Of a DNA stretch of 64,000 nt, positions 39,572-50,130 are shown piece after piece. Under the pieces are notes generated by a model. That model was given only the letters and a program-made list of their open reading frames with translations, did not search any database and was not told the origin of the DNA. The stretch is from Nitrosopumilus sp. (GTDB lineage: Archaea; Thermoproteota; Nitrososphaeria; Nitrososphaerales; Nitrosopumilaceae): positions 448,001-512,000 of the forward strand of contig OZ244650.1 of assembly GCA_965218785.1 (NCBI GenBank), written 5' to 3'. The position numbers were made by a program, and so were the translations under genes. The stretch's first letter is position 1, and every line of letters starts with the position of its first letter.

Positions 39572-39659
39572 TAGCCCGAGGCAGATTCGAACTGCCGTCT
39601 CCGCCTATCCACTCTTGAGATCCAGAGGGCAGAATCCTTGACCGCTAGACTATCGGGCT
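39572..39659 (-). tRNA. tRNA-Gln(CTG) with 15-nt intron in the anticodon loop
   Basis: AGCCCGATAGTCTAGCGGTCAAGGATTCTGCCCTCTGG[atctcaagagtggat]AGGCGGAGACGGCAGTTCGAATCTGCCTCGGGCTA; 73 nt after splicing. Confidence 0.93.
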
Positions 39660-39691
39660 ACTAGAATAAATTTTGATGCTTTAGAATATAT

Positions 39692-40033
39692 TCATTTGTC
39701 GTAATTATTTTGTCTGACTTCATGGATTACCGTTGCATAGTCGCATTTGGCTTTCAGTCTCATGTATGGAATCAGTCTATAATGAATTGAATATCTGTCG
39801 TTTTCCTTTCGTAAAATACCCTTCTGCATTAGCGATACTAATCCCCGTGATGGGATTGTAATTGAGATATTTTTTTGCCTGCAGATTTCATCGCGTTTGC
39901 GTTGAAACTGTTTTAGCGAAAATTCAATGTCATTAATTTCCAAAATTAAAGGCCAGATAATCTCAGCCCACACAAATCTTCTATTCTCCGTGGCCGAGGC
40001 GTATTTTCCTTTTTCACTCAACATTAATAACAT
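39692..40033 (-). CDS. Hypothetical protein (possible winged helix)
   Basis: 113-aa basic ORF; SRGLVSLMQKGILRKENDRYSI resembles a wHTH wing. Confidence 0.7.
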   Translation of the reverse strand: MLLMLSEKGKYASATENRRFVWAEIIWPLILEINDIEFSLKQFQRKRDEICRQKNISITIPSRGLVSLMQKGILRKENDRYSIHYRLIPYMRLKAKCDYATVIHEVRQNNYDK

Positions 40034-40056
40034 CTGTAAAAGATGTTATAACTTGA

Positions 40057-40761
40057 TTGTCTCAAAGTGAAATTAAAGAATCACTTGATCTGATGCAAAA
40101 AGACTGGGATGTGGACCCAATTTTACGTAAATTCATGCTAGGGGAAGTCACTGATGTATCGGACTATCTGATTAAAGTCAAAGATGTGGTTTTTCATGTC
40201 CCCTATCTGAATTCTGAAAAAAAATATATTTTATGGAAGTGTTTCTGGCCTGACTGTCACAACTGTTGTGACAGACAGGGAAGACTCCCGTTGACATCAG
40301 ATGATTTAATCACTATTGGAAAAGGCCTGAAATATCAAAAACACGCAGATTTCATAAAAAATGAAACACTTGTGGCAACTTACCAAGAACCGGGGCCTTC
40401 AGGACAGATGACAACGATGACTACGATTAATCTGAAGAGAAAAAAAGATGAGACAGAAGCTGATGATGGAACCCACATCTCATGCAGATTTTTAGATGAT
40501 GAGGGAGGCTGCAGCATGCATCCTGACAGACCGGGAGTGTGCTATCTGTATCCGTTTTCAACCTGGCTTGAAAATGAGGGTGGCACGGCACGTGTACATG
40601 CAACTTATCAATTCACTGGTGACTGTCCTGGATTTTATCTTGCAGAGAATTTGGATCCTATGAAAGATGAATTAAGGGAATATTCAAAAATTATCTATGA
40701 TTACAATATGGCATCAAATCGGACCAACAGGGAGGGATTTGGTTCCGTTAGTTTTGGATAG
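40057..40761 (+). CDS. YkgJ-family cysteine cluster (putative Fe-S/Zn) protein
   Basis: CxxxxCxxCC, CRFL, CSMHPDRPGVCYLYPF, CPG. Confidence 0.88.
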   Translation: MSQSEIKESLDLMQKDWDVDPILRKFMLGEVTDVSDYLIKVKDVVFHVPYLNSEKKYILWKCFWPDCHNCCDRQGRLPLTSDDLITIGKGLKYQKHADFIKNETLVATYQEPGPSGQMTTMTTINLKRKKDETEADDGTHISCRFLDDEGGCSMHPDRPGVCYLYPFSTWLENEGGTARVHATYQFTGDCPGFYLAENLDPMKDELREYSKIIYDYNMASNRTNREGFGSVSFG

Positions 40762-40842
40762 AATCTCATTTATGACGTGTCTTGGTGTTTCTCTCTCTAT
40801 CTATTTTTTTAAATTAGGATATCAACGGATGGCATTAGCATT

Positions 40843-41856
40843 TTACGCTTTGGCAACCTTCATCAGGTCGCCTATCTTGATATTCATGCCGAATCGGTCC
40901 TCATGTTTTTTCATATAACGAAATATTGCAATAAAGTCCGGTAGTGCCCTGAAGAAACTAAAATCTTTGTGAATTTTTGCCCTGACAAAATTGAACACCT
41001 TGGCATATATCTTGTAGTGTTTCTCAACTGCTCTTTGATATGCTGCAAAGTCATGCATATTCTCCAAGAAAATCTCAACACACTGCATTGATGGAATTAT
41101 TCCCTCGCCTAGCAGTGCATATACTGTTCCAATTGATTCTCCGACACCTACAACCTTTCCTGAATAGTATGGCTTGCATCTATCTGGCGTTGCCAGTCTT
41201 ATCGGTCTGCCTTTAGTTTGAATCACCTTACCGCCATGTTTCTTTAGAAATTCATCTGTTGCCTTGATGTGGTTCTTGTTGTAATCCCCTGCCCCAACAT
41301 GGGCGTGTTTCTTCCCTAATGGGAAATACCAAAAGTATCCTGACATGCCAGGAAACGGTTCGATGTAAAAATCATCGTATGGTACGCCGTCTTCATATTC
41401 TATTTTGTATTCGTATGTTGGTAAAAAAAAGTCATCTTTTAATCTTGGCAGATAAACCCTGTGGAATCCGGTACAATCAACTATCATGTCGTATTCTGTC
41501 TCTAGTTCTTCCAGTTTTGGTGCCTTGCCGTAGATTACTTTTGAATCCTTTATGAAATCCTTGATCAGCCCTAGCTTGTCATACGTACATAATCCTTTGA
41601 GTCCAATATCGAACTTTACATCATTGCTCATCCTGACATGCATGTTCTTTCCGTCATGGATTAGAAAATCATCAAAGTTACGTCCTGTCTTTTTGCAAAA
41701 CTCTGTCAGTGTCGGTTTGATTGTCCCCCACGCGCAAATCGAGTCATGGTTTTCCTCCTTCATTCTCTCATATCCTACGACCTCGTGTTTGGAATCTTTT
41801 AATCGGGCCATAAGATAGGATCCTGCCACTCCCATGCCCATCACTGCAATCTTCAA
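40843..41856 (-). CDS. Geranylgeranyl reductase-family FAD oxidoreductase
   Basis: GMGVAG, ICAWG, GYFWYFP, GESIG...GEGI. Confidence 0.85.
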   Translation of the reverse strand: MKIAVMGMGVAGSYLMARLKDSKHEVVGYERMKEENHDSICAWGTIKPTLTEFCKKTGRNFDDFLIHDGKNMHVRMSNDVKFDIGLKGLCTYDKLGLIKDFIKDSKVIYGKAPKLEELETEYDMIVDCTGFHRVYLPRLKDDFFLPTYEYKIEYEDGVPYDDFYIEPFPGMSGYFWYFPLGKKHAHVGAGDYNKNHIKATDEFLKKHGGKVIQTKGRPIRLATPDRCKPYYSGKVVGVGESIGTVYALLGEGIIPSMQCVEIFLENMHDFAAYQRAVEKHYKIYAKVFNFVRAKIHKDFSFFRALPDFIAIFRYMKKHEDRFGMNIKIGDLMKVAKA

Positions 41857-42069
41857 GATGTTCTGCGAACAATTCAGACCTAATAAATATACTATCTGTA
41901 GCGGCTTGGCACATGTAGAAATGGAAATGTTTAGTGTATTGATGACGTGTCCGCTGAGCTGGCAGAAGATGGGACAGTATGAGGATCAGATATACAAACC
42001 GGTGTGAGGGGGAGATGATTCATTTGCAGAAACACCTCGGAATTTTTTTCTTTATTTCATGCTGATCAG

Positions 42070-42741
42070 CTAGTTTCTTTTTGGCAAAAATGGAATTATA
42101 GAGCGTACAAACTCCATCACATTTTTGGTTTGAATGTATACAGTTCCAGGCCCTATGATTTCAATTACTAGTGCCTCTCCTCCAAATAAGGTGGTCTTGA
42201 GACTGCCATGTCTTGTAACATTGTAACTAGCCGTAGAACTTAGTGCGACTAGCTGATAGTTGTCAATTATCATTTTTTCGCCTGCTTCTAGTTTATGTGA
42301 AATGATTCCGCCCCACGCGTTTACGAAAATCTCGCCATTACCCACGGTCTTTAGCATGAACATGTTTGTTCCAAAGATTCCCTTTGTGAATCCCTGCCAC
42401 TTTGTGTCAAGTGTCAGTTCCCCAGTAGAGCCTACAAATGCGCCTGATTGAACAATGAACTCTTCTTGTATCTTGATTACTTGGATGTCACCTAGTGTGT
42501 TTCCAGTTAATCCCAGCTTGCAGTTGTCCTCTTGTGCAATGAATTCATTTACAAAAAATGATTCACCGCCAAATGCTGCCGCTTTGATGGATTTTAGAAA
42601 TCCGCCCTTTCTCATTTTGGTTTCAGTTTTGATGTTGCCTTTGATGTATACCATGGCGGCAGCTTCTGCTGTAACCATTTCATCTTTATTTAATGTGAAC
42701 TCGATTAATCCCATTGGGTTTTTTAGAATTTGATATTCCAA
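42070..42741 (-). CDS. AIM24 / TIGR00266 family protein
   Basis: AEAAAMV, GGESFFVN, LFGGEALV, GPGTVYIQT. Confidence 0.9.
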   Translation of the reverse strand: MEYQILKNPMGLIEFTLNKDEMVTAEAAAMVYIKGNIKTETKMRKGGFLKSIKAAAFGGESFFVNEFIAQEDNCKLGLTGNTLGDIQVIKIQEEFIVQSGAFVGSTGELTLDTKWQGFTKGIFGTNMFMLKTVGNGEIFVNAWGGIISHKLEAGEKMIIDNYQLVALSSTASYNVTRHGSLKTTLFGGEALVIEIIGPGTVYIQTKNVMEFVRSIIPFLPKRN

Positions 42742-42887
42742 TGATTAAGTTTAGAATAGTATGATTTATAGAGTTTGTGTGTAATTGATTTCAGACTGAC
42801 ATACCCTGTTGGAATAAAAGTAGTGATTAATCGTATTCATTACAAGACAGATGTGAAAAAAATTCATATGGTACATTTGGATGAAGG

Positions 42888-43103
42888 TCAAAAGCAGAAC
42901 GTGTCGTATGTGCAGCATGTACCTGTTTCCAGAATCTGCACTGCTACGTGGATCCTCTTGAAAAATAGGTCTGCCTGATCTTTCATGACGTGGTTAGAGA
43001 ATTTCTCCAAGAGATATTCAAAATCCTTAATGTCGCATACTGTTGCACTTTGCAGGTGTTGTTTGATACGTATTATGTTGTCTAGCGCCTCTATTGCGTG
43101 CAT
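42888..43103 (-). CDS. Small hypothetical protein or gene remnant
   Basis: 71-aa ORF with no recognisable motif. Confidence 0.3.
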   Translation of the reverse strand: MHAIEALDNIIRIKQHLQSATVCDIKDFEYLLEKFSNHVMKDQADLFFKRIHVAVQILETGTCCTYDTFCF

Positions 43104-43113
43104 GTGTGCTACA

Positions 43114-43272
43114 TCAGAATTTATTCTGTTCTAGTTTTCCTTTGATTTCCAGTCCACTCTCATGTGTATGCATCTCTCGAAGAATGGTGAGTTCATTATT
43201 CTGTTCGTTTATGGTAGAATTTTGTTTGGTTATGGTGGACTTGAGTTCACGTATGATCTGATCCCTATCCAT
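43114..43272 (-). pseudogene. Coiled-coil ORF fragment (52 aa), probably the 3' part of a frameshifted gene
   Basis: MDRDQIIRELKSTITKQNSTINEQNNELTILREM; an upstream open frame ends at the T8 run 43272-43279. Confidence 0.35.
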
Positions 43273-43703
43273 TTTTTTTATGACGATAACCTTTCTTTTA
43301 GATCAGTATTATCTGAAAAATTTGTCCGTGTGTTAGTTACTTTGGAGTTGGGTAAATTATGCATATACTCTAAGATTTGAACAGACACAGATTTTAGATT
43401 CAGATAAGAAGAACCGTATTTTATCACCAAATGGGCAGAACCATATCACTTGTAATTTTCAATATTTCTTGGTGTTTTAATTTTGGCTAAATTCATCCAA
43501 ATCATCAAAATCAACCTAATTACAGTACGTTCAAACCAACCGAGTTTTGACCAGAGTAACTAGGATTTCAATCTGGAGAAGATCACTATTTGGGATAAAA
43601 TTTTGCAAAAAGCCCTAACTTTACAGTGCAGTCAAAAAATCCATTAACTTACCAGTGCAAATTAACAATAGTTTTATTTAGTGTATATTATTACCTCCCC
43701 AGT

Positions 43704-43982
43704 ATGACGATGCAATGTAACCAACATCATGAATTCTCTTATCTTCACAAAAAATCTGGAAAAGACAACATCTTTGAGGTAATGCAAATTCCAGGAATAA
43801 TAATTGGAGGTAGTGATTTGGATGAAATGAAAAAGGATGTGATAGTTGCTACCAAGGATTACTTACATTCCAATGACGATATACATAATTTAGCACAAAA
43901 AAACCAATTAACATCTACACTTAGTACATCTGATATGGGTGTTATTGTTGGAATTGAAAAATTCTCTGTTGAATGCGATTAG
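43704..43982 (+). CDS. HicB-like antitoxin (N-terminal domain only)
   Basis: IFEVMQIPGIIIGGSDLDEMKKDVIVATKDYL matches the HicB pattern xxPGxxxxGxTLEEAxxxxxxAxxxYL. Confidence 0.6.
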   Translation: MTMQCNQHHEFSYLHKKSGKDNIFEVMQIPGIIIGGSDLDEMKKDVIVATKDYLHSNDDIHNLAQKNQLTSTLSTSDMGVIVGIEKFSVECD

Positions 43983-43984
43983 CC

Positions 43985-44254
43985 ATGAGCTATTCACATG
44001 CATTTATTTGTCTCAGTCATCTGTTTTCTCAATCAGGTTTTGAAGAACGCGATCAAAATGAAACATATACTTATTTTACAAAAAATGAAATTCATCCAAT
44101 ACAGATTAACCGGTTGAAAATATCTTATTCTGATTTGGAATTATCTTCTTATGCTCTAAGAATAGGTCAAAATACAACAGAGTTTATTAGTAGATTTAAT
44201 ATTGTAATGGAAATGCTAAAAAATATGCCAGACCAAGACAAGGATCCCAAATAA
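43985..44254 (+). CDS. HicA-like (dsRBD fold) protein lacking the catalytic His
   Basis: LFSQSGFEERDQNETYTYFTK...PIQI...LSSYALRIGQNTTEF follows the HicA layout; starts 2 nt after the hicB-like gene. Confidence 0.5.
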   Translation: MSYSHAFICLSHLFSQSGFEERDQNETYTYFTKNEIHPIQINRLKISYSDLELSSYALRIGQNTTEFISRFNIVMEMLKNMPDQDKDPK

Positions 44255-44288
44255 TTTACTTGCGTTCTGAATCAGTCTAATCCATTTA

Positions 44289-44454
44289 TTATCCCTTAAT
44301 CATAATTCTACATTTCTCACTAGGAGTCATTTTGTCTAATGCAGAATATCCCATAATGTAATTATGAAACAATTGATAACCTGTTAGTGTTACAACATAT
44401 TTTTTCTACTTCTCTTATTATTTTCTCTTTGATCTCATCACTCAATCTTTCCAT
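44289..44454 (-). pseudogene. Small ORF interrupted by a +1 frameshift in an A6 run
   Basis: Removing one base from T6 (44400-44405) gives MERLSDEIKEKIIREVEKYVVTLTGYQLFHNYIMGYSALDKMTPSEKCRIMIKG. Confidence 0.4.
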
Positions 44455-44504
44455 TTTGCTATTATTCACGTCTCCTTGCAAGTGAATGTGTCTGATGTGT
44501 AGTC

Positions 44505-47375
44505 CTATTCTGCCAAGATTGCAGGCTTGAATGGCCTTGCATGCCTTGCTTTTCCCTTTGGATCATATATGCCCTCATCTGACACTGAACAAACTGTTAT
44601 CTCCACTCCGAACTCCTTCCTGCCAATACTGGTCAACTCCCTTGAGAGGAATTCTTTTTCATCAAACCCTTTTGATGCCAGCTTTGCCTGCTTGATGACT
44701 TCTGATTCTGAATGCAAATCCTTGATTACCTTTTGTATATAGTCTGGCATCTTTTTGGCATCTGCAGTCGTTGTATCTGCAATGAGCTGTTTCATTACAA
44801 TTCCCATGTTGTTCTGACCGCCAACCATCATTTCCAGTATCCTGTAATATACCCTGGATTTAAATTCATCCGAATCTACATAGATTACAATCTTTTGCGG
44901 AGCGATCTTTGTAACTTTGAGAATATTTGAAATATCATCCATGGTTTTCCTGAGCAGTTCTTCTGATTGAATTGCTGCTGCATCAACATTTTCTTTTGAA
45001 TACTCTGGCCATGGTGATTTTGATACAGGTTCCAAATATCCCAATTTTTCCCACATCTCTTCAGCTATGTGTGGTGCAAACGGGGACAGCATTGCAACTC
45101 GCACGGAATTAATCAGATATAGTATTCCTGAAACGTCTTTTCTGCCTTTTGCCTCTACTCTTTTTGCATACCAGCCCAAGTCAGACTCGAATGTAAACAA
45201 GATATCCTGCAAGGCCTCACGAAGTCTCATCTTTTCAACTGCCTCTGTGACTTGTAATATCATATTCTGGGTTTTAGATAAAATCCATCTGTCTTCTGTC
45301 TCCAAGTCATTAATTTCTGTCGTCTCTGTCTTGGAGCATCCCTCAAGAAGGGATTTCAGCCTGCCTTGGATGCCAGAGACTGACTCCATGTTAAAGTCCG
45401 CATCCTGCAGCAGCTCGGCTGATGAAATTATCGCAAGCCTGATCGGGTCAGCTCCGTGGTCTTTGATTGCGGTTCTTAACGGGATAATATTCCCCATACT
45501 CTTTGACATTTTAGCTCCATTCATCATTACAGAACCGTTAACTACGATTTCCCGTGGCCAGAGCCTCTTCTCAAATATTGCAACATGATTTAACACGAAA
45601 AATGACAGGTGATTCTGAACCAGATCCCGTCCTGAATGTCTTGAATCAACCGGATAGAAATACTGAAATTCCTTTTTTATCATGTTGATTGTATCTTCGG
45701 CAAGCGTTGATGAGGCAGAGGCCAGTCCAATATCTCCCTTGTCCAAGAACACATAATCAAAGAACTCTTTTGTTAAATGCTGAGGTATCAGCGTTCCATC
45801 ATTTACAAATCTGGAGATGGTATAATATGCCATGTAGATGACACTATCTGACAGACTCTCTACAATCCAGTCTTTATCCCATGGCAGTCTTGTTCCTAGT
45901 CCCTGCTGCCTTGCACACGCCCTCTCATGCAGCCAATCAATCACATCTTTGAACTCGGTTTTGATTTTATTTGGCAAAATGACCATTTCATCAAAACAGA
46001 TTCTTGCCAATTCCTTCCATTGCTCATCCCCATAATTCAAAAACCATTGGTTATCTAGTATCTTGACGACACATTCAGTTCCACAGCGACACTGAATCGG
46101 GGCATTCTCAAGTACCGGGAATTTTTCTAGGTATCTGTCTTTTAGCAGCCAATCCCTTATCTTGTCTCGTCCAAATTCCACTTTGATGCCTGCAAAATCC
46201 CCACATCTTTCATTTAGCCTGCCGCCTGTAAACTCTTTGAGGTACAGATCATTTGTGGCCTCTTCTAATTTTTGATCAGACTGATCAGATACCCCCAGTC
46301 TTTCACAGACATCCCTTGCGGGAATCTGGCCATATCCCTCAGTAGTAATAATTGGAACAGGTTCAATCTGAGAGGCAGTTTCATGGTTTTTTGCCTTCAA
46401 ATCCGCCAGTGCCTGATAATCCTTTGGCGCATGAGCCGGAACTGACATTACCAGACCCGTTCCCATTCCAGGCTCTACAAACTCTGCCTCTAGTATTGGA
46501 ATCTCCTGGCCGTTATGTGGTGCCACAGCAGATCTTCCAATCAGTTCCTTTCCTGCAATATCGCCTTTAACTGAAATCTCTTTTCCAAAGAATTCTATCT
46601 TCTTTGCACATTCTTCTGAAACTATCCATTCTTCATCGTCGGCCTTGATTTTTTTGTATACTGTATTTGGATTAACCCACAGATTGGTTATGCCAAAAAT
46701 CGTTTCAGGTCTTAATGTTGTAATGGGAAACACGTAATCCCCAAGCTTGAACTTTATCAGATAATTTTTATCATCAATCTTTGGTTCGACATCCCCCATT
46801 GTATCGTGCTGTGATACCGGGTTTTGATCACGAGGACACCATCCAACCGGATGTGAACCTTGGATGATTCTGCCGCTTTCTTTTAGAGTTGTAATCTGCC
46901 ATTCGATAAACCTTTGATAACCTGGAACTATCGTAGTAAATTCCCTGCGCCAATCAATGGAATACCCCATCTCAATCATTCCTAATTTTATCTCCGCATG
47001 GAAATAATCGGCAATCTTTATCGGCTCTACAAACGTCTTGATTATATCTTCTGGAACATGATAAATATCCCTTAATGCGTCTAGGATCTCCTTGTCTTCT
47101 GATTGAATTCTCTTTGCCATTCCCAATACCGGCGTTCCGGTGTAATGGAATCCCATTGGAAACAACACGTTGTACCCCTTCATCCTGTAAAATCTTGCAT
47201 GGACATCAGCTAGAGTGTATGTTCTACCGTGTCCGATGTGCTGTGGTGAGTTTGGATACGGATATGCAACAGTAATGAATTTTTTTGGCCGGTCATTTGG
47301 GTTTGTCTCAAAATCCTTGTCATCTCTCCATCTTTTTCTCCACTTTGATTCGATCTCATTCCAATTAATTTTCAT
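44505..47375 (-). CDS. leuS: Leucine--tRNA ligase
   Basis: YPYPN...HIGH, GTGLVMSVPAHAP editing motif, KMSKS. Confidence 0.97.
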   Translation of the reverse strand: MKINWNEIESKWRKRWRDDKDFETNPNDRPKKFITVAYPYPNSPQHIGHGRTYTLADVHARFYRMKGYNVLFPMGFHYTGTPVLGMAKRIQSEDKEILDALRDIYHVPEDIIKTFVEPIKIADYFHAEIKLGMIEMGYSIDWRREFTTIVPGYQRFIEWQITTLKESGRIIQGSHPVGWCPRDQNPVSQHDTMGDVEPKIDDKNYLIKFKLGDYVFPITTLRPETIFGITNLWVNPNTVYKKIKADDEEWIVSEECAKKIEFFGKEISVKGDIAGKELIGRSAVAPHNGQEIPILEAEFVEPGMGTGLVMSVPAHAPKDYQALADLKAKNHETASQIEPVPIITTEGYGQIPARDVCERLGVSDQSDQKLEEATNDLYLKEFTGGRLNERCGDFAGIKVEFGRDKIRDWLLKDRYLEKFPVLENAPIQCRCGTECVVKILDNQWFLNYGDEQWKELARICFDEMVILPNKIKTEFKDVIDWLHERACARQQGLGTRLPWDKDWIVESLSDSVIYMAYYTISRFVNDGTLIPQHLTKEFFDYVFLDKGDIGLASASSTLAEDTINMIKKEFQYFYPVDSRHSGRDLVQNHLSFFVLNHVAIFEKRLWPREIVVNGSVMMNGAKMSKSMGNIIPLRTAIKDHGADPIRLAIISSAELLQDADFNMESVSGIQGRLKSLLEGCSKTETTEINDLETEDRWILSKTQNMILQVTEAVEKMRLREALQDILFTFESDLGWYAKRVEAKGRKDVSGILYLINSVRVAMLSPFAPHIAEEMWEKLGYLEPVSKSPWPEYSKENVDAAAIQSEELLRKTMDDISNILKVTKIAPQKIVIYVDSDEFKSRVYYRILEMMVGGQNNMGIVMKQLIADTTTADAKKMPDYIQKVIKDLHSESEVIKQAKLASKGFDEKEFLSRELTSIGRKEFGVEITVCSVSDEGIYDPKGKARHARPFKPAILAE

Positions 47376-47382
47376 AAACCCT

Positions 47383-50052
47383 CTATCCTAAAATCATTGA
47401 TTTTGCCTTGAGTACTGCCTTGTCTTTTTTAGATGTATCTTTTCCTCCTCCCTGGGCGAATTTATCATCCCCTCCGCCAGAACCGCCTAGTATTGCGGAG
47501 ATCTCCCTGGCAATCAAGCCTGCATTTACGCCTGACTGTCCTCCTGAATACACCATTATCCTAGTCGTAGGACCTGCGTCATATATTCCACAAAATGCCG
47601 CTTTTGCATCCCTGTTTACCAGTTTTTTGCCAAAGTTTAGGTGAAAATATTCATCATAATTCTGACTAGCGGTAAAACACAGCTTGTCCTTGATGATAAT
47701 CCCGTCTAATTCACCGGATTCCCCGGCTAAAATTTTCTCTAACAATATGGGGATCCGCTCCTTTGTGATTCGCTTATTTTCCTCTCTTTGTTTTTCTAAT
47801 GCCTGTCTTGCAATATTTTCTTGTTCTTGCCTCTTTGAATCTTCTTCTTGCTGTTTTACATATTGAAAAGCTGTAGGCCCTGAGACGAATTCTATGCGAA
47901 CTACACCGTCCTGAATTCTCTTGCTTTTTGTAATTTTAATCAGTTCAATATCCCCTGTTTTCTTTACATGCGTTCCACCGCATGCTTCAACGTCCTTATC
48001 TTCAATTGATACAATTCTAACTGACTTTACTGGAACCACTCCCCCCTGGTAAATTCTAAATCCGTATTTTTGCTCTGCTGCCCCCCTATCATAATAGTCA
48101 ACAGTCACCGGATGATTCTCTTTTATCATTTGATTAGCTGCATCCTCTATCTGCTGAACTTGCTTGCCAGTTAATGATGAATGATGTGTAATGTCCAGTC
48201 TTGCGTGATCTTCATCTTTGAATGCAGAGTGCTGCCAAATCCATGATCCCAGCACTCCTCGAGACGATGCATTGATGATGTGGGTACTTGTGTGGTTTTT
48301 AGTAATGTTGGCACGACGTGTTTGATCAACTTTACATGATACGGTATCCCCCTCTTTTGGAACCCCCTTTTCCAACTTGTGAACGATAATGTTTGCGTGT
48401 TTATCTACATTAATCACTTTGAAACCTGCAATACTGCCAAGATCCGGCTCTTGTCCTCCACCTCTGGCATAAAATGAGGTTCTGTCTAGTACTACTTGAT
48501 CATCAAAGACCTTGATTACTTTGGCCTCAAACTCCATTGGATCATCTTTGTAAAATAAAGCCACAGTTTCTGGCAGCTCTTCTAGTGGAAGATCTGCAAT
48601 TGCCTTTTTCTTTTCAGACTGGTGCAAATCAGTGAGTCTTGAGTAAAATGATGATGGGATCTCCGAAATTGCATCAACTTCCTTGAGATATTCAGGTGTA
48701 ATTCCATCTGATTCGTATAATGTGATGAGTTCATCCACATTTGGCATGCCTCTCTCACGAATCTTTTCTGCCTTTTTTCTCATGTGGACTTTGGAATCCT
48801 CATATCTTGCAGATTCCAGCCTGAGGATTTTTTTGACATCTTCTCTTTTTTCATCTAGTTCCGGATAGGTATCTTTGAGATAATCCACGTGCGCATCAAT
48901 TAAATCATCCATGTCCAGATTCAGACCTAGTCTGCTAACTGTCGCATTGATTCGCCTGAGCATCATTCTGAGATTATATCCCCCACCAACATTACTTGGT
49001 AGGGCACCATCGGTAATTGCAAAAATCAACGTCCTCAAATGATCTGCAATTAGATACAATCCCTCAAGCGGCGTAATAATCCTGTCTAGTTGATCATCTG
49101 AAATTCCAGCATTCTTTACTGCAAGACGTCTTACATCATTTAGATCATCATAATGATCAATCTCCTTTGCAATTTCCGTAAAATATTTTCTCAAGATTTC
49201 AGAATCTGAATCAATTCCTGCCTTTTCAAATAATTTTTGATTGATTGGACCAAAACAACAGTCGTATGCGGTGGGGGTTCCCATGGTAATCCATGCAAAT
49301 CGCTCGAGTCCCGCACCCATGTCTATTACCCGCTGATCAAGTGTGGTATGTTTTCCCAACTCCCCCTGAAATTCAGTAAATACCGCATTTCCTAATTCCA
49401 GCCCCCTGACAAAATATTCCAATGACGGACCAAACGAACCGCCACCTGCCCAAACATCCTCTACAAAGACTACCTCCTCTTTTTTAATTCCAAACTGATT
49501 TGTCAATAGTCTAAAATCCAAGTCAACGCATTCATCCTTCCAGTATCCCCCCAAATCCGGAACACTGTGTTGTCCAATCATGCAAAAACTTGAAAAATGC
49601 CTCCCTGTTACTCCGACATTTTCCAAATCTTTGAAACGCAAACAAGTTTGCGGAACTATTAACGGATTGGCAGGAAATTCAAAAACGACTTTGGAGCCCA
49701 TCACTCTTTGAAAATCAACAATTGATGCAATTGTAAAAAACAGATCATCTCGCCATCTACAAACTACGGGATATCTGCTAATTGAGGTGTGATTATTTTT
49801 TACAAAAAACTCCTCGACTTGTTTCCAGGACTGTGTATAGTCAAATCTTTTACTCGTTGGAGGATCTCCAATGAATGAGTATGTATTAGTTCCATCATCC
49901 GGACACAAATTTCCATCTGCGTTTAAAGTCCAAAAGAATCTGCCACACTTGAGGCATGCTTTTCTGACAAATCCCTGCTCCTGGAACAGTCTGACATTAT
50001 AGTATTTTTCAGGATCTGCTGAAAATTCTTTTAGAATCTCTCTTTTATCCAA
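47383..50052 (-). CDS. alaS: Alanine--tRNA ligase
   Basis: RWRDDLFFTIASI, DMGAGLER, HTSTH...CGGTH editing site, GGSGGG. Confidence 0.97.
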   Translation of the reverse strand: MDKREILKEFSADPEKYYNVRLFQEQGFVRKACLKCGRFFWTLNADGNLCPDDGTNTYSFIGDPPTSKRFDYTQSWKQVEEFFVKNNHTSISRYPVVCRWRDDLFFTIASIVDFQRVMGSKVVFEFPANPLIVPQTCLRFKDLENVGVTGRHFSSFCMIGQHSVPDLGGYWKDECVDLDFRLLTNQFGIKKEEVVFVEDVWAGGGSFGPSLEYFVRGLELGNAVFTEFQGELGKHTTLDQRVIDMGAGLERFAWITMGTPTAYDCCFGPINQKLFEKAGIDSDSEILRKYFTEIAKEIDHYDDLNDVRRLAVKNAGISDDQLDRIITPLEGLYLIADHLRTLIFAITDGALPSNVGGGYNLRMMLRRINATVSRLGLNLDMDDLIDAHVDYLKDTYPELDEKREDVKKILRLESARYEDSKVHMRKKAEKIRERGMPNVDELITLYESDGITPEYLKEVDAISEIPSSFYSRLTDLHQSEKKKAIADLPLEELPETVALFYKDDPMEFEAKVIKVFDDQVVLDRTSFYARGGGQEPDLGSIAGFKVINVDKHANIIVHKLEKGVPKEGDTVSCKVDQTRRANITKNHTSTHIINASSRGVLGSWIWQHSAFKDEDHARLDITHHSSLTGKQVQQIEDAANQMIKENHPVTVDYYDRGAAEQKYGFRIYQGGVVPVKSVRIVSIEDKDVEACGGTHVKKTGDIELIKITKSKRIQDGVVRIEFVSGPTAFQYVKQQEEDSKRQEQENIARQALEKQREENKRITKERIPILLEKILAGESGELDGIIIKDKLCFTASQNYDEYFHLNFGKKLVNRDAKAAFCGIYDAGPTTRIMVYSGGQSGVNAGLIAREISAILGGSGGGDDKFAQGGGKDTSKKDKAVLKAKSMILG

Positions 50053-50130
50053 CGTTGAGCCTGCTCTAATCCGATATTAAGAATTGTCGATTAATAATAC
50101 ATTAAATACACTGCCTGATGGAATCTACTC

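Noticed and set aside
41939-41990. TGATGA...CTGA motifs in the gap between the GGR-like and AIM24 genes
   Set aside because: The guide region is only 8 nt and there is no terminal D box at the expected distance.
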